Counted from the stretch's first letter, positions 1 through 11,700 are shown. The stretch: 64,000 bases of DNA from a virus (IMGVR_UViG_3300035228_001973:32001-96000); one strand, 5' to 3'. Notes: a model not told the origin generated them from the sequence alone. Numbers and translations: made by a program.

Positions 1-3000
1 CCTTGGGCTCCTCCTCCACCTTGTTGTCCCGCCGAACCTGTTGGTCCAGTTGGTCCTTGTGGTCCTCGGTAACCTTTTGGTCCTTTTAAACCTTTATTAC
101 CTACGGCACCTTTTGGTCCTTTTGGCCCTTTTAAACCTTTATCCGTTCCCTGAGGTCCTATAGGTCCTTTTTCCCCATCAATACCACCAAACCCTTGTGG
201 TCCTCTAATTCCTAGCGGTCCTTGTCCACCTCTCGGTCCTTTGTAACCTTTTGGTCCTTTAGGTCCTTTAAGACCTTTATAACCTTTATAACCTGTTGGA
301 CCTGTTGGGCCCTGTGTACCTATTAGACCTTTATAACCTTTTGGTCCCTGTGTACCAATCGAACCTCTCGGTCCTTTTTCTGTACTATTAGCACCAGTTT
401 TCCCTATGGGACCTGTCGCCCCGCCTGAAGCCTTTGGTCCTTGGGGTCCTCCTAAACCTTGTGGTCCTCTTGGTCCTTGATTACCTCTTGGTCCTGGGTC
501 GTTACCCGCTGGTCCTGTTGGTCCCGTTCCACCTTGTGCACCTGTTGAATTTGTCGGTCCTTTTGGTCCAGTTGGTCCTTGTGGTCCATCAATTCCCTTA
601 TAACCTTTATTACCTTTATCGGAACTTGCCGGTCCTTGAGCACCTGTTGGACCTGTCGCTCCTCCTGAAGCCTTTGCTCCTTGTAGTCCTCTTGAACCTT
701 GTGGTCCTCTTGGCCCTTTTTGTCCTTGTGGTCCTCTCTCTGTACTAGTTGGACCTGTTGGCCCTGTTAATCCCCCTGAAGGTCGTGAACCTTTAATACC
801 TTTAAAACCTTTATCACTAGATTGACCTATAAATGGTCCTTTTATTCCTTTATTACCTTTATCAGAACTCGCGGGTCCTGTTGGTCCACCTGGTCCTGTT
901 GGTCCTGTAGCCCCTTGTCCTGATGCTGAACCTTGTGGTCCCCTACTGGCTTGTGAACCGATTTCACCTTGAACACCCCTATCAGTACTTGCTGGACCTT
1001 GTGGTCCTGTTGGACCTGTCGCTCCTCCTGAAGCCTTCGCTCCTTGTGGACCTCTATCACCTTGTGATTGTCTTGGACCTATTGGTCCTTTTGGTCCTGC
1101 AGTATTTCCTGCGGGTCCACCTGGTCCTGTTGGTCCTACATTACCTTGTGACGACGCTGAACCTTGTGGCCCTCTTGGTCCATCGTTACCTTGTGGTCCT
1201 TTTGGTCCTATCGGTCCTCTATCAGTACTTGCTGGACCTTGTGGTCCTGTTGGACCTGTCGCTCCTCCTGAAGCCTTTGCCCCTTGTGGCCCTTGTCCAC
1301 CTCTACCAATTTGTAATCCTTTTGGACCTTTTAGTCCTTTTTGACCTTTATCCGTACTTGTTGGTCCTTTATCACCTGTGGTTGTATTTTGAGTACCTTT
1401 TGGTCCTGTTGGTCCTGTTGGTCCGTTAGGTCCTTTAGTGCCTTTATAACCTTTTTGCCCTTTAATACCTTTATCAGTACTTGATGGACCTGTCGGTCCT
1501 TGTCCACCGGTAGTTCCCTTTGGTCCTGTCGGACCTTGAGGTCCTTGTCCACCTTGATTACCTCTAGGACCTTTTGGTCCTTGTGTTCCTTTATCAGTAT
1601 TAGTTGGACCTGTTGGTCCTTGTGGACCTTTAAGTCCTTTATCGGTATTATTAGGACCTGTTGGTCCGTTGGGTCCTGTTGGTCCCGTTATACTATTTCC
1701 AATAGTTCCTCTCGGCCCATCTGTACCTTTCGGTCCTTTGATACCTTTTAAACCTTTATTACCTTTATTTGTGGGTACACCACTTGGACCTTGTTCCGCG
1801 TTAGGACCTATTGGTCCTTGTACCCCTCTCGCTCCTTTAGGTGAAGTACCAATTGTACCTTGTGGTCCTTGAAATCCTTTAGGTCCCTTATCACCTGTCG
1901 GTCCTTGTAGACCCTTATCCGAACTTACCGGACCAATATCTCCACCATCGGCAACATCACCTATAAGTCCTTTTTCATTATTACCTTGTGGTCCCTGAGG
2001 TCCCTGAGGTCCTCTGAAACCTTTATTACCATTTGGACCCTTTAGTCCTTTATCGGCACTTGCTGGTCCTGTTGGTCCCTGTGGCCCTGTCGGACCTTGT
2101 GGTCCTGAACTAGTTGAAGATTGTGGACCAATTAATCCTTTAATCCCTTTTATACCAATAAGACCTTTTAAACCTTTGGTACCTTTATCTGTACTTGTTG
2201 GTCCTTGTGGACCATTGTCCCCACCAGAACCTGTTGGTCCTTTTAGTGAATCCCCTTGTGACCCTCTATTACCATTGAAACCTTTGGGTCCGACCGGTCC
2301 TTGAGGACCTGTGGGTCCTTTAACGGCTGCGGGTCCACCTGGCCCTGTTGGTCCCTGTGGCCCAATAAATCCTTTCTCACCTTGTGTACCTATTACACCT
2401 CTACTTTGTTTAGGACCTTTTACTCCCTTAATACCTTTGATACCCTTAATACCTTTATCACCTTTGTCTGTGGATTGCGGTCCTTGAGGCCCTAAGTCCC
2501 CATTAGGTCCTTGTACACCTATAATACCATCGGGACCTTGCGGACCTTGTGGTCCTGTAAGACCTTTTATACCTTTGTTACCAATAGGTCCTTTATCGGC
2601 ATTAGGTCCTGTTGGTCCTTGTGGCCCCGTATCACCATCTGTGGCTCTTATACCTTTCTCACCTTGAGGTCCTTGTACCCCAAGAATACCTTTTTGACCT
2701 TTAACTCCCTTAATACCTTTAAATCCTTTCTGACCTTTATCAGAAGATTGTGGACCTTTTAGACCGGTAGGTCCTTGAGGTGAATCACCTCCAATATTAC
2801 CCTGCGCTCCTTGGTCTGGCTTTAACCCTTTAATACCTTTAATTCCTTTAAGTCCTGTTGGTCCTTGTTGTCCTTTATCGGTAGATGTAATCCCTTTTAA
2901 TCCTGTAGGACCTTTTAAACCTTTGGTAGATTCTGAAGGTTTTAATCCTTTCAATCCTTTTGGTCCAACTTCACCTTTATTTCCTTGTATTCCTCGGTCA

Positions 3001-3455
3001 CCTTTATCTCCTTTAACTGATAACTCACCTTTAATACCTTTTAGTCCGTCAGAACCTATACCACCTTTAATACCAAAATCACCTTTATCACCTGTAGGTC
3101 CAACAATACCCGTTTTACCTTTATTACCTTTAGTCCCTTCTATACCATCTCTACCTCTAAGACCTTTAAGTCCTTTTTGACCTTTTAAACCTTCTAGTTG
3201 ACCTACCCAATGACCTCCGGAATCAACCACCATCATACTACCAACATAAAGTTCACTATTAACAACATTGGCCTCAGCAGGTAATGATAACGGAGTATTA
3301 CTATCAGAGACTTTAAAAATATTAGTTGAAGACTTAAATATTAAATCACCTGAATTATCTATTTCAATAGCATAACTATTACCTGAACCACTAAAAATTA
3401 TATGTGGATTGGTGTTCGATGTACTTCCCGTAGGATATATTATAATATTAGCCAT
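1..3455 (-). CDS. Collagen-like fibre protein 3, partial (more than 1150 aa; C-terminus beyond the left edge; absent from the ORF track)
   Basis: ATG at 3455 overlaps the upstream TAA (TAATG). It translates as MANIIIYPTGSTSNTNPHIIFSGSGNS...GHWVGQLEGLKGQKGLKG, followed by Gly-X-Y repeats, and the same frame reads Gly-X-Y at base 3. The N-terminal domain is paralogous to those of the two upstream collagens. Confidence 0.93.
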   Translation of the reverse strand, partial: MANIIIYPTGSTSNTNPHIIFSGSGNSYAIEIDNSGDLIFKSSTNIFKVSDSNTPLSLPAEANVVNSELYVGSMMVVDSGGHWVGQLEGLKGQKGLKGLRGRDGIEGTKGNKGKTGIVGPTGDKGDFGIKGGIGSDGLKGIKGELSVKGDKGDRGIQGNKGEVGPKGLKGLKPSESTKGLKGPTGLKGITSTDKGQQGPTGLKGIKGIKGLKPDQGAQGNIGGDSPQGPTGLKGPQSSDKGQKGFKGIKGVKGQKGILGVQGPQGEKGIRATDGDTGPQGPTGPNADKGPIGNKGIKGLTGPQGPQGPDGIIGVQGPNGDLGPQGPQSTDKGDKGIKGIKGIKGVKGPKQSRGVIGTQGEKGFIGPQGPTGPGGPAAVKGPTGPQGPVGPKGFNGNRGSQGDSLKGPTGSGGDNGPQGPTSTDKGTKGLKGLIGIKGIKGLIGPQSSTSSGPQGPTGPQGPTGPASADKGLKGPNGNKGFRGPQGPQGPQGNNEKGLIGDVADGGDIGPVSSDKGLQGPTGDKGPKGFQGPQGTIGTSPKGARGVQGPIGPNAEQGPSGVPTNKGNKGLKGIKGPKGTDGPRGTIGNSITGPTGPNGPTGPNNTDKGLKGPQGPTGPTNTDKGTQGPKGPRGNQGGQGPQGPTGPKGTTGGQGPTGPSSTDKGIKGQKGYKGTKGPNGPTGPTGPKGTQNTTTGDKGPTSTDKGQKGLKGPKGLQIGRGGQGPQGAKASGGATGPTGPQGPASTDRGPIGPKGPQGNDGPRGPQGSASSQGNVGPTGPGGPAGNTAGPKGPIGPRQSQGDRGPQGAKASGGATGPTGPQGPASTDRGVQGEIGSQASRGPQGSASGQGATGPTGPGGPTGPASSDKGNKGIKGPFIGQSSDKGFKGIKGSRPSGGLTGPTGPTSTERGPQGQKGPRGPQGSRGLQGAKASGGATGPTGAQGPASSDKGNKGYKGIDGPQGPTGPKGPTNSTGAQGGTGPTGPAGNDPGPRGNQGPRGPQGLGGPQGPKASGGATGPIGKTGANSTEKGPRGSIGTQGPKGYKGLIGTQGPTGPTGYKGYKGLKGPKGPKGYKGPRGGQGPLGIRGPQGFGGIDGEKGPIGPQGTDKGLKGPKGPKGAVGNKGLKGPKGYRGPQGPTGPTGSAGQQGGGGAQ

Positions 3456-6400
3456 TAATCTATTTGTGTTCTTAACCAGTTTATTTGTTCACCTATATCT
3501 TCAATAAATACTTGGTGAGTTTTAATCGCTTCAATAATTAATGAATTTAATTTATAATATTTAATAGCTAAATAACCATCATCTCTTCTATATACCACTT
3601 CAGGGTATATTAAATTTATTTCTTGAGCTATCATACCAATTGAGTGTAACTTTTGTCTTTCTTTTAAGAAATCGTATCCTGAATATTTTTCATTCCAATC
3701 GTATTCCGTAACATTAATTTTCAAAAGTTTATTTAATGAGTCACCTATAGTTTTAATACCTAACTTCATTCTTTCATCAGAACTTCTACATTCACCACAT
3801 TCACTTAAACTACAGTTACCACCATTAGCTGCCCAATGGAACATAGACCCACTACTTAACCCACCGTCCCAAATAGTATACAATCCACTTCTAGCAGCTT
3901 TACAAAATGTAGCAAGGTTGTTACATACCGTACATGTATTATTAGTATATAAATAAGAACTATTCGTGAATTGTCCTGAAGTTGGGGAATAAAGTGTCAA
4001 TTGTGCTCCACTTCCACACGGTTCCTGCTTTCCATCACAAATACTACAGTCCCCCTCTCTTCTCAATAGTATAGTATGAGAAAAACAACTAGACGCAGTT
4101 GGTCCTTTTGGTCCTTTAATACCTTTAAAACCTTTATCACCCACAGCACCACCTGCCGCTTGTGGCCCTTGTGGTCCTTTTTGACCTGTAGGTCCTTGTG
4201 GCCCTTCTTTACCAGCCGGTCCTTGTGGTCCGTCTTTACCGTCTCTACCTTGTGGTCCTTTAAGACCTTTATAACCTTTAGGTCCTGTCGGTCCAAGTGG
4301 ACCTTGTCCACCTATAGGACCTTTATAACCTTTTACTGTAGATTGTGCACCTCTTGGTCCTTGTGGTCCAACAGACCCTTCTTTTGTATACTGTGACCCT
4401 TTTGGTCCTTGTGGCCCTCTAGGTCCTATAAGACCTTTACGACCTTTTTGTCCTTTAAACCCTGTTGGTCCGTTTTGAGTATTAGTTGGACCTATCGGCC
4501 CTGGTGAAGTGGAACCTGCACCTTGTGGTCCTCTCGGCCCACCACCACCTTGTAGACCTTGTGGACCTCTTGGTCCTTTTGGTCCCTTGACAGCTGAACT
4601 ACCACCTTGTGGTCCTTGGGCTCCTCTGTCAGTACTTGTAGGTCCTTGTTGACCTCCAACACCTTTATAACCTGTAGGTCCTACTGGTCCTTTATAACCT
4701 TTGAATGCTGCTGGCCCACCTGGTCCTGTTGGTCCTGTTGGCCCTGATTGTGGTCCTTGTGGTCCTTGTGGACCTAATGCTCCTTTAGGTCCTTTTAACC
4801 CTTTAAAACCTTTATCACCTTTACTTGAAATTAAACCTTTAGCTCCTTTAGGTCCTTTGTAACCTTTAACTGTAGAACTATTACCTTGTGGACCTAAAGG
4901 TCCTTTATAACCTTTTGGCCCTTTTGGTCCTTTAATACCTTTAAATGCTGCTGGCCCACCTGCTCCTGTTGGACCTGTTGGTCCTGATTGTGGCCCTTGT
5001 AGACCTTGTGGACCTTTTGGTCCTTTATATCCTTTTGGTCCTTTTAGACCTTTATCGGCTAACAATCCTCCACCACCCTGAGCACCTTGAGGTCCTTTAT
5101 CTCCAACAGTACCTGTAGTAGTACCTTGTGGACCTAAAGGTCCTTTATATCCTTTTGGTCCTTTAGGTCCTTTTAAACCTTTATAACCTTTGAGTGCTAC
5201 TGGCCCTGTTGGTCCTGTTGGTCCTACCGCACCTGTTGTCGGCCCTTTAGGTCCTTTTGGTCCCTTATAACCTTTTGGTCCTTTGAACCCTTTAATACCT
5301 TTGGATGCTACCGGTCCTGTTGGTCCTACGAACCCTTTTGGTCCTTTCGCTCCGGTAGCAGAACCTATCGGACCTTTGGGTCCAAAGGCTCCTTTAATAC
5401 CTTTTTGACCTTTAAGTCCCTTATATGCGGTTGGTCCACCTAACCCTGTTGGTCCTGTTAGTCCTGTATCGGTACTTTGAGTACCTTTAGGTCCTTGTGG
5501 TCCCTTTGGTCCTTTATAACCTTTAACACCTTTGAGTCCTTTAAATGCTGCTGGCCCACCTGGTCCTGTTGGTCCTGTATCTCCTGAACCTCCAGTCGTT
5601 GTACCTCTACCACCTTGAGGACCTTGTGGTCCCTTTATTCCAATGAGACCTTTACTTCCTTTTAAACCATCATCGGCTCTTAAACCTTTAATACCTTTTA
5701 ATCCTTTAAGTCCTTTAACTGTTGAAGTTGTTCCTCTACCACCTTGAGGACCTTTATATCCTTTTTGTCCTTTGATTCCTTTATCTCCGTCAGTATCTCT
5801 AAAACCTTTTTGACCTTTAATACCTTTATCACCTGTAGATGTACTTATAAGACCTTTGTCCCCTGTCACACCTTTTAATCCTTTATAACCCTTTTGTCCT
5901 TTAACCCCTTGAGGTCCTTTTAAACCTTTTAAACCTTTAATACCTTTGAGTCCCTTATCTCCTTTAGTACTAACAGGTCCTTGTGGTCCTGTTGGTCCTT
6001 GACTAGCTTTAAGTCCTTTATTACCTTGAGGTCCTATTAAACCTTTTAAACCTTTAAAGCCTTTATTACCTTTTAGTCCTTTAAGTCCTTTATTACCTTG
6101 GTCCGCCACTGGTCCCGTTGGTCCTTGTGGACCTCCATCACCTTGACTTGCAATTAAACCTTTAGGTCCTTTAGGTCCCTTAACACCTTTCTTACCTTTT
6201 AATCCTTTATAACCTTTATTACCTTTATCTCCCTGTGGTCCTCTTTGACCCTTTTCCCCTGTAGGTCCTAACTCATTACCTTGGCTTGTTGGCCCTTGAG
6301 GTCCTTTTGTCCCATCAATACCCTTTTTACCTTTTAACCCTTTTAATCCTTTAAGTCCTTTAAGACCTTTATCCGCTCCCTCACCATCTTGTGATACTGG

Positions 6401-8752
6401 ACCTTGAGCTCCTTGGTCAGCGATTATTCCTTGTGGTCCTTGTGGACCAAGTAATCCTTTTCGACCTTTTAAACCTTTAAGACCTTTATCACCTTTATTA
6501 CCGGTCGGACCTTTATCGGATTGAGGACCTGTTGGCCCTACGTCTCCTTGGCTAGCTATTAGACCTTTGATACCTTTAATACCTTTAAGACCCTTATTAC
6601 CTCTTTGACCCTTTAAACCTTTTTCACCTTTATCAGTAGAAGTATTACCTCTACCCCCATTTGGACCTTGGTCTCCGTCAGTCCCTATTTGACCTTTAGG
6701 TGAACTACCTATGGAACCATCAGGTCCTTTAATTCCTTTTGGTCCAACAACACCAACTTCACCTTTTGGTCCTTTTAAATTACCAACAGGTCCATCAACA
6801 CCCACGGGTCCTTTTTCACCTATTATACCTTTTGTCCCACCATCGGTATCAGGTCCCTTCGCTCCTTTAAGTCCTTTTAACCCTTTTAAACCTTTTAATC
6901 CTTTAGTTCCTTTATCATCACCAACAATTCCTTTATTACCTTCATCACCAGTTTCACCTTGTTGTCTTAGAAAAGACGTTAAAGCATTTGTAACAACGGA
7001 TTCAGTAAAATTATCAACAGTAGGGTCAACATCAAAACCAAAATGTTTTAGACCTGGACCATTTTTAAAACTACTTTCTAAATTTGTATAACAAGTTTCA
7101 GACGAAAGAGAAGAATAAACATTTGTCGTTATTAACGCACTTAAATTTAAATTCTCAGGACCAACTGAAGTTATGTTATCACCATATCTATTTAAAAACT
7201 CATTACTAGTGATGGTACTACCCTCAATTGCTGCTACTGCATGTTGAACAAACGCATAAGTTGAAGTACCTCTAAGTGGGTTTACAACTGGATAAACTAA
7301 ACCTTGAGCATTACCCCCTCGATTACTTTTTATATCTTCATATACTTGAACATATGAACAGTAATCGTGTAAATACCTATTTGTATATTCATCACCTGCA
7401 TTATTATTCCAATAATTACCATTCAATTCAAATGGTTTATTAAATAAGTCACTCTTAGTGGCGTTGGTTGGTGTTCCACCTAACTGTCCATGATATAGAC
7501 CAACAATACCGTCTGACTCATCCGCAACAATAATTACCAAATAGTTAGTATTATCACCACCAAATGAACCTTGTCCTGATGTTTCTGTATTATTTAAATT
7601 ACTATGGTCAAAAGGTACACCCTGAGATATGGATTCAGCTGCACCTGTATCTAAATTAACACCTCTGTTAATTCTTCTGTATATTGTTTCACCATCATTA
7701 AATTGTGAATTTCTTGGTACACAATTACCACCTGAATTAGACTGACAATAATCAGATTGATAAGTTGCGTTAGGTACCGCACTATTAAATTCACTCAATG
7801 GTGTTCCGTCACTCAATGTACCCCCACTGAGTGAACCAAGATATGGATAGGATGCCCACCATAACCAGTTTTCACCGTTATTATTGTTTTTACCAATTAC
7901 GCCCTCGTATAATTTATTAATATCACCATCACCATTTACTGTTTGGAACCAATCTCTAACACTCTGAGAGGCTTCTTTAGCTTTATCACTTGGCATCGAT
8001 GTCGCGTCATAGAAAACATAAACATCTACATTTGAGGTAATCCCAATTGGTCCTTGAGGTCCTTTTACACCTACTTCACCCTTGGGTCCAATCTCACCTT
8101 TATTTGTACCTGTTGGTCCTTGGTTACCTTTACTGGCGGATAATCCTGTAGGTCCTTTTAGTGAATCACCAATTAAACCTTTTATACCTTTATTACCTTT
8201 GAATCCTTTAAATCCTTGTGTACCTATAGACCCCTTTAATGAGTCAGGACCCGCAGGTCCGATTACACCTTGTGGGCCTATTTGACCTTTAATTCCCACG
8301 GGACCTAATGGTCCTGAGACATCCTTCTCACCTTTGATACCTTTTAACCCTTTAGTTCCTTGTTCACCTGTTGGTCCTTGTTCTGTAGAGGTTATACCTT
8401 TTAATCCTTTTTGACCTTTTAAACCTTTTTCACCATCACCATCTCTATTACCTTTAAGACCTGTCGGTCCCTGAGGTCCTTGAACACCAGTGGGTCCAAT
8501 CATATTCATAGGGTAACCTTTCCAATTACCTGAGTTATCAATTAATTCATCACTATTCTGTTTCTTTACTGAAACAGACGGCATAAACTTCATATTATCT
8601 AACTCTAAACTTGAAGTGATTTTAAAATCATTACCTAAGTGTGTGTTAAAATTCAATTCTCCGCTACCATATGCTATATTAATCATACTAGCATTAGTAC
8701 CTGAAAAATTAATTGTACCTCCTGTTGGATTTATTTTAATGTCTCTACCCAT
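3455..8752 (-). CDS. Collagen-like fibre protein 2 with inserted vWA-like domain, Cys-rich tip and C-terminal peptidase S74 intramolecular chaperone
   Basis: 1765 aa. Long GxK/GPQ/GPT repeats, a globular insert (VYVFYDATSM...LVIIVADESD), a Cys-rich segment, then SSDERMK...GMIAQEI..IYPEVV...Y. Confidence 0.92.
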   Translation of the reverse strand: MGRDIKINPTGGTINFSGTNASMINIAYGSGELNFNTHLGNDFKITSSLELDNMKFMPSVSVKKQNSDELIDNSGNWKGYPMNMIGPTGVQGPQGPTGLKGNRDGDGEKGLKGQKGLKGITSTEQGPTGEQGTKGLKGIKGEKDVSGPLGPVGIKGQIGPQGVIGPAGPDSLKGSIGTQGFKGFKGNKGIKGLIGDSLKGPTGLSASKGNQGPTGTNKGEIGPKGEVGVKGPQGPIGITSNVDVYVFYDATSMPSDKAKEASQSVRDWFQTVNGDGDINKLYEGVIGKNNNNGENWLWWASYPYLGSLSGGTLSDGTPLSEFNSAVPNATYQSDYCQSNSGGNCVPRNSQFNDGETIYRRINRGVNLDTGAAESISQGVPFDHSNLNNTETSGQGSFGGDNTNYLVIIVADESDGIVGLYHGQLGGTPTNATKSDLFNKPFELNGNYWNNNAGDEYTNRYLHDYCSYVQVYEDIKSNRGGNAQGLVYPVVNPLRGTSTYAFVQHAVAAIEGSTITSNEFLNRYGDNITSVGPENLNLSALITTNVYSSLSSETCYTNLESSFKNGPGLKHFGFDVDPTVDNFTESVVTNALTSFLRQQGETGDEGNKGIVGDDKGTKGLKGLKGLKGLKGAKGPDTDGGTKGIIGEKGPVGVDGPVGNLKGPKGEVGVVGPKGIKGPDGSIGSSPKGQIGTDGDQGPNGGRGNTSTDKGEKGLKGQRGNKGLKGIKGIKGLIASQGDVGPTGPQSDKGPTGNKGDKGLKGLKGRKGLLGPQGPQGIIADQGAQGPVSQDGEGADKGLKGLKGLKGLKGKKGIDGTKGPQGPTSQGNELGPTGEKGQRGPQGDKGNKGYKGLKGKKGVKGPKGPKGLIASQGDGGPQGPTGPVADQGNKGLKGLKGNKGFKGLKGLIGPQGNKGLKASQGPTGPQGPVSTKGDKGLKGIKGLKGLKGPQGVKGQKGYKGLKGVTGDKGLISTSTGDKGIKGQKGFRDTDGDKGIKGQKGYKGPQGGRGTTSTVKGLKGLKGIKGLRADDGLKGSKGLIGIKGPQGPQGGRGTTTGGSGDTGPTGPGGPAAFKGLKGVKGYKGPKGPQGPKGTQSTDTGLTGPTGLGGPTAYKGLKGQKGIKGAFGPKGPIGSATGAKGPKGFVGPTGPVASKGIKGFKGPKGYKGPKGPKGPTTGAVGPTGPTGPVALKGYKGLKGPKGPKGYKGPLGPQGTTTGTVGDKGPQGAQGGGGLLADKGLKGPKGYKGPKGPQGLQGPQSGPTGPTGAGGPAAFKGIKGPKGPKGYKGPLGPQGNSSTVKGYKGPKGAKGLISSKGDKGFKGLKGPKGALGPQGPQGPQSGPTGPTGPGGPAAFKGYKGPVGPTGYKGVGGQQGPTSTDRGAQGPQGGSSAVKGPKGPRGPQGLQGGGGPRGPQGAGSTSPGPIGPTNTQNGPTGFKGQKGRKGLIGPRGPQGPKGSQYTKEGSVGPQGPRGAQSTVKGYKGPIGGQGPLGPTGPKGYKGLKGPQGRDGKDGPQGPAGKEGPQGPTGQKGPQGPQAAGGAVGDKGFKGIKGPKGPTASSCFSHTILLRREGDCSICDGKQEPCGSGAQLTLYSPTSGQFTNSSYLYTNNTCTVCNNLATFCKAARSGLYTIWDGGLSSGSMFHWAANGGNCSLSECGECRSSDERMKLGIKTIGDSLNKLLKINVTEYDWNEKYSGYDFLKERQKLHSIGMIAQEINLIYPEVVYRRDDGYLAIKYYKLNSLIIEAIKTHQVFIEDIGEQINWLRTQID

Positions 8753-11700
8753 TTAAAATTTTTGATTTTAATATATTAACCCTATCTTTTATACTTTCAA
8801 TACGTGTATGTTGTTCTTGTATAGAACCAATACCAATGGCTACTAATTTACCGTAATCAAGTTTTAAATAACCACTCTCACTATTAAATACAACTTCAGG
8901 TATTACTTTTTGAATATCTTGAGCGATAAATCCGTAATCATCACCTACACTACCATCAAACTTAGTTGCTCCACCCTTCCATGTAAACTTAACACCATTA
9001 ATTAATTTTAACTTACTTAAATTACCTTTTAGAGATTTAATGTTATTTTTTAATCTTTTATCAGACGCAGGACCTTGTGGACCTTGTAGACCTTGTAGAC
9101 CTCGTGGACCTTTTGGACCTGTCGGTCCACCCGTACCTGTTGGGCCTTGCGGTCCCTTTATACCCTTATTACCTTGGTCACCTTTAGGGCCTTTGAAACC
9201 TATTGGACCATCCGCACCTGTTCCACCTTGCGGTCCTTGGAATCCTCTCGGACCTTTTTTACCTTTAACTGTTGAGGTAGCACCTTGTGGTCCTTGTAGA
9301 CCCCTCTCTGTACTTGCTGGTCCTGTTGGTCCACCCGCACCTGTTGGACCTATAATATTACCTGTGGGCCCTACAGGTCCCGTAAATAAAGATTGAAAAC
9401 CCTGTGGCCCTTGTGGTCCACTTGTACCTTGTGGTCCTTTAATTCCTTTATGACCTTTAATTCCTTTTAAACCTTTTTCTGTACTTGTTGGTCCTGTTGG
9501 TCCACCTGGTCCTGTTGGTCCACCTGGTCCACCTCCACCGCCCGGACCTCCACTACCTGACAAACCTCCGGGTCCTGTTGGTCCTTGTGGTCCCTTTATT
9601 CCTTTAAAACCTTTTGGCCCTTTATCTGTAGATTGGGCTCCTCTTAATCCTTTTGGCCCTTGTGGCCCTCTATTTCCTTTAGGTCCTTTAGGTCCTTTAG
9701 GTCCCTTAAGTCCTTTTGATGTACCGATAAAACCTTTAACACCTTTATCTGTAGATTGTGCACCTTGTGGTCCTTGTGGTCCTTTACGACCTTTAATTCC
9801 CTTGTTACCATCCGCACCTGTTCCACCTTGCGGTCCTCTTACACTACTAGCTGGTCCTTGTGGCCCTTTAACTGTTGACTCGGTACCTCTTGTTCCACCA
9901 GAACCTTGTGGTCCTCTATTTCCTTTTGGACCTTTATATCCTTTTGGACCTTTAAGTCCTTTTGCTCCACTAGTAGCCCCTATGAATCCTTTTACCGTTG
10001 AATCAGTACCTCTTGGTCCTTGTGGACCTTTAATACCTTTTAAACCTGTTGGTCCTTCTGGACCCTTAACCCCTTTTTGTCCTTTAGTAGAATTAGTTGG
10101 TCCTTGTGGTCCTTGAACTGATGAATTGGCACCTCTTGGTCCGCCAGAACCTTGTGACCCTATACCACCTCTAGGTCCTTTTGGTCCTTTAAAACCTTTA
10201 GGTCCTTTAGTAGAATTAGCGGGTCCTTTAAATCCTTTTACTGTTGAAGTTGTTCCTCTTGCCCCTTGTGGGCCTTGTACACCTAATGGTCCTTTTAGAC
10301 CTTTAAGCCCTTTTGGCCCTTTAAATCCTTTTTCAGTATTATTTGGACCTTTAGCACCTTTTACTGTTGAAATAGTACCTTGAGCACCTCTTGGTCCATC
10401 ATTACCTCTTGGACCTTTAGGTCCCTTATAACCTTTCTGACCTTTAATACCTTTAGTTGTACTAGTAATTCCTTTATAACCCTTTACTGTAGATGTCAAA
10501 CCAATGGCTCCTCGTGAACCATTAGGTCCTCTATTCCCTTTTAATCCCTTTAAACCTTTTAGACCTTTATGTCCTTTAGTATTATTAGTTGGTCCTTGTG
10601 GACCTGTTGGTCCACCTGCGGCTTGACTACCTTGAGTACCTTGTGGTCCCTTTTGTCCTTTATCTGTAGATTGTGGTCCGTTTGGTCCTTGATTACCTAT
10701 CGGTCCTCTATCAGTACTTGCTGGTCCTTGTGCTCCTTGAGCAGCTTGAGTACCTCTACCACCTTCTGGACCTTTTTGACCTTTATCTGTTGAGGTTTTT
10801 CCTCGTTGACCATCTGGACCCTTAAGTCCTTTTTCGGTGGATTGTGGTCCTCTATTTCCTTTAGAGGATGACACACCAGTACCACCTCTATTTCCTGTTG
10901 GTCCTTGTGGTCCTTTACCACCTTGTGCACCCGCACCACCTTGAGTTCCTCGACTAGGTTTAATACCTTTTAAACCTTTTTGACCTTTAATTCCTTTATC
11001 TGTAGATGTTGGACCTTGTGGTCCTTGGTCACCCTGTGGTCCTTGGTTACCTACAGTACCCGTACTTGATTGTGGTCCTTGTGGTCCAATAGGCCCTTTA
11101 GGTCCTTCAATACCCTTTAAACCTTTAGGTCCCTTAAGTCCCTTATCGGTTGAAGTCGTACCTCGATTACCTTTATTACCTAAAGATGCCCCATTACCTG
11201 TTGGTCCTTGTAGACCTTGTGAATTTTTAGGACCCTTTAATCCTTTATTACCTTTAAGTCCTTTAAGACCTTTAAATGGTGTTGGACCAACTACACCTTT
11301 TATACCTTTGTCACCTGTTGACGCTATATTTCCTTGGTTACCAATACCTCCTTGACCACCAAGTGGTCCTCTGACACCTTTAATTCCTTTAATACCTTTT
11401 AGACCTTTTTGACCTTTATCGTCACCTTTAGGTCCTTGTGGACCAGTTGGTCCTTGTGAGGCTTGTATACCAATACCTCCTTGAGTACCTCTATTAGGTT
11501 TTAAACCTTTTACACCCTTTATACCCTTTAAACCTTTTTGACCTTTAATTCCTTTATCGGTTGAGGTATTTCCTTGTAATCCTTGTGGTCCTTGTGGTCC
11601 TTGAATAGTTGTACTGGCTTGAGGCCCTTTAAATCCTTTTGGCCCTTCTAACCCTAATAGACCTTTAAGACCTTTATCGCCTTTATAACCTATAGGTCCT

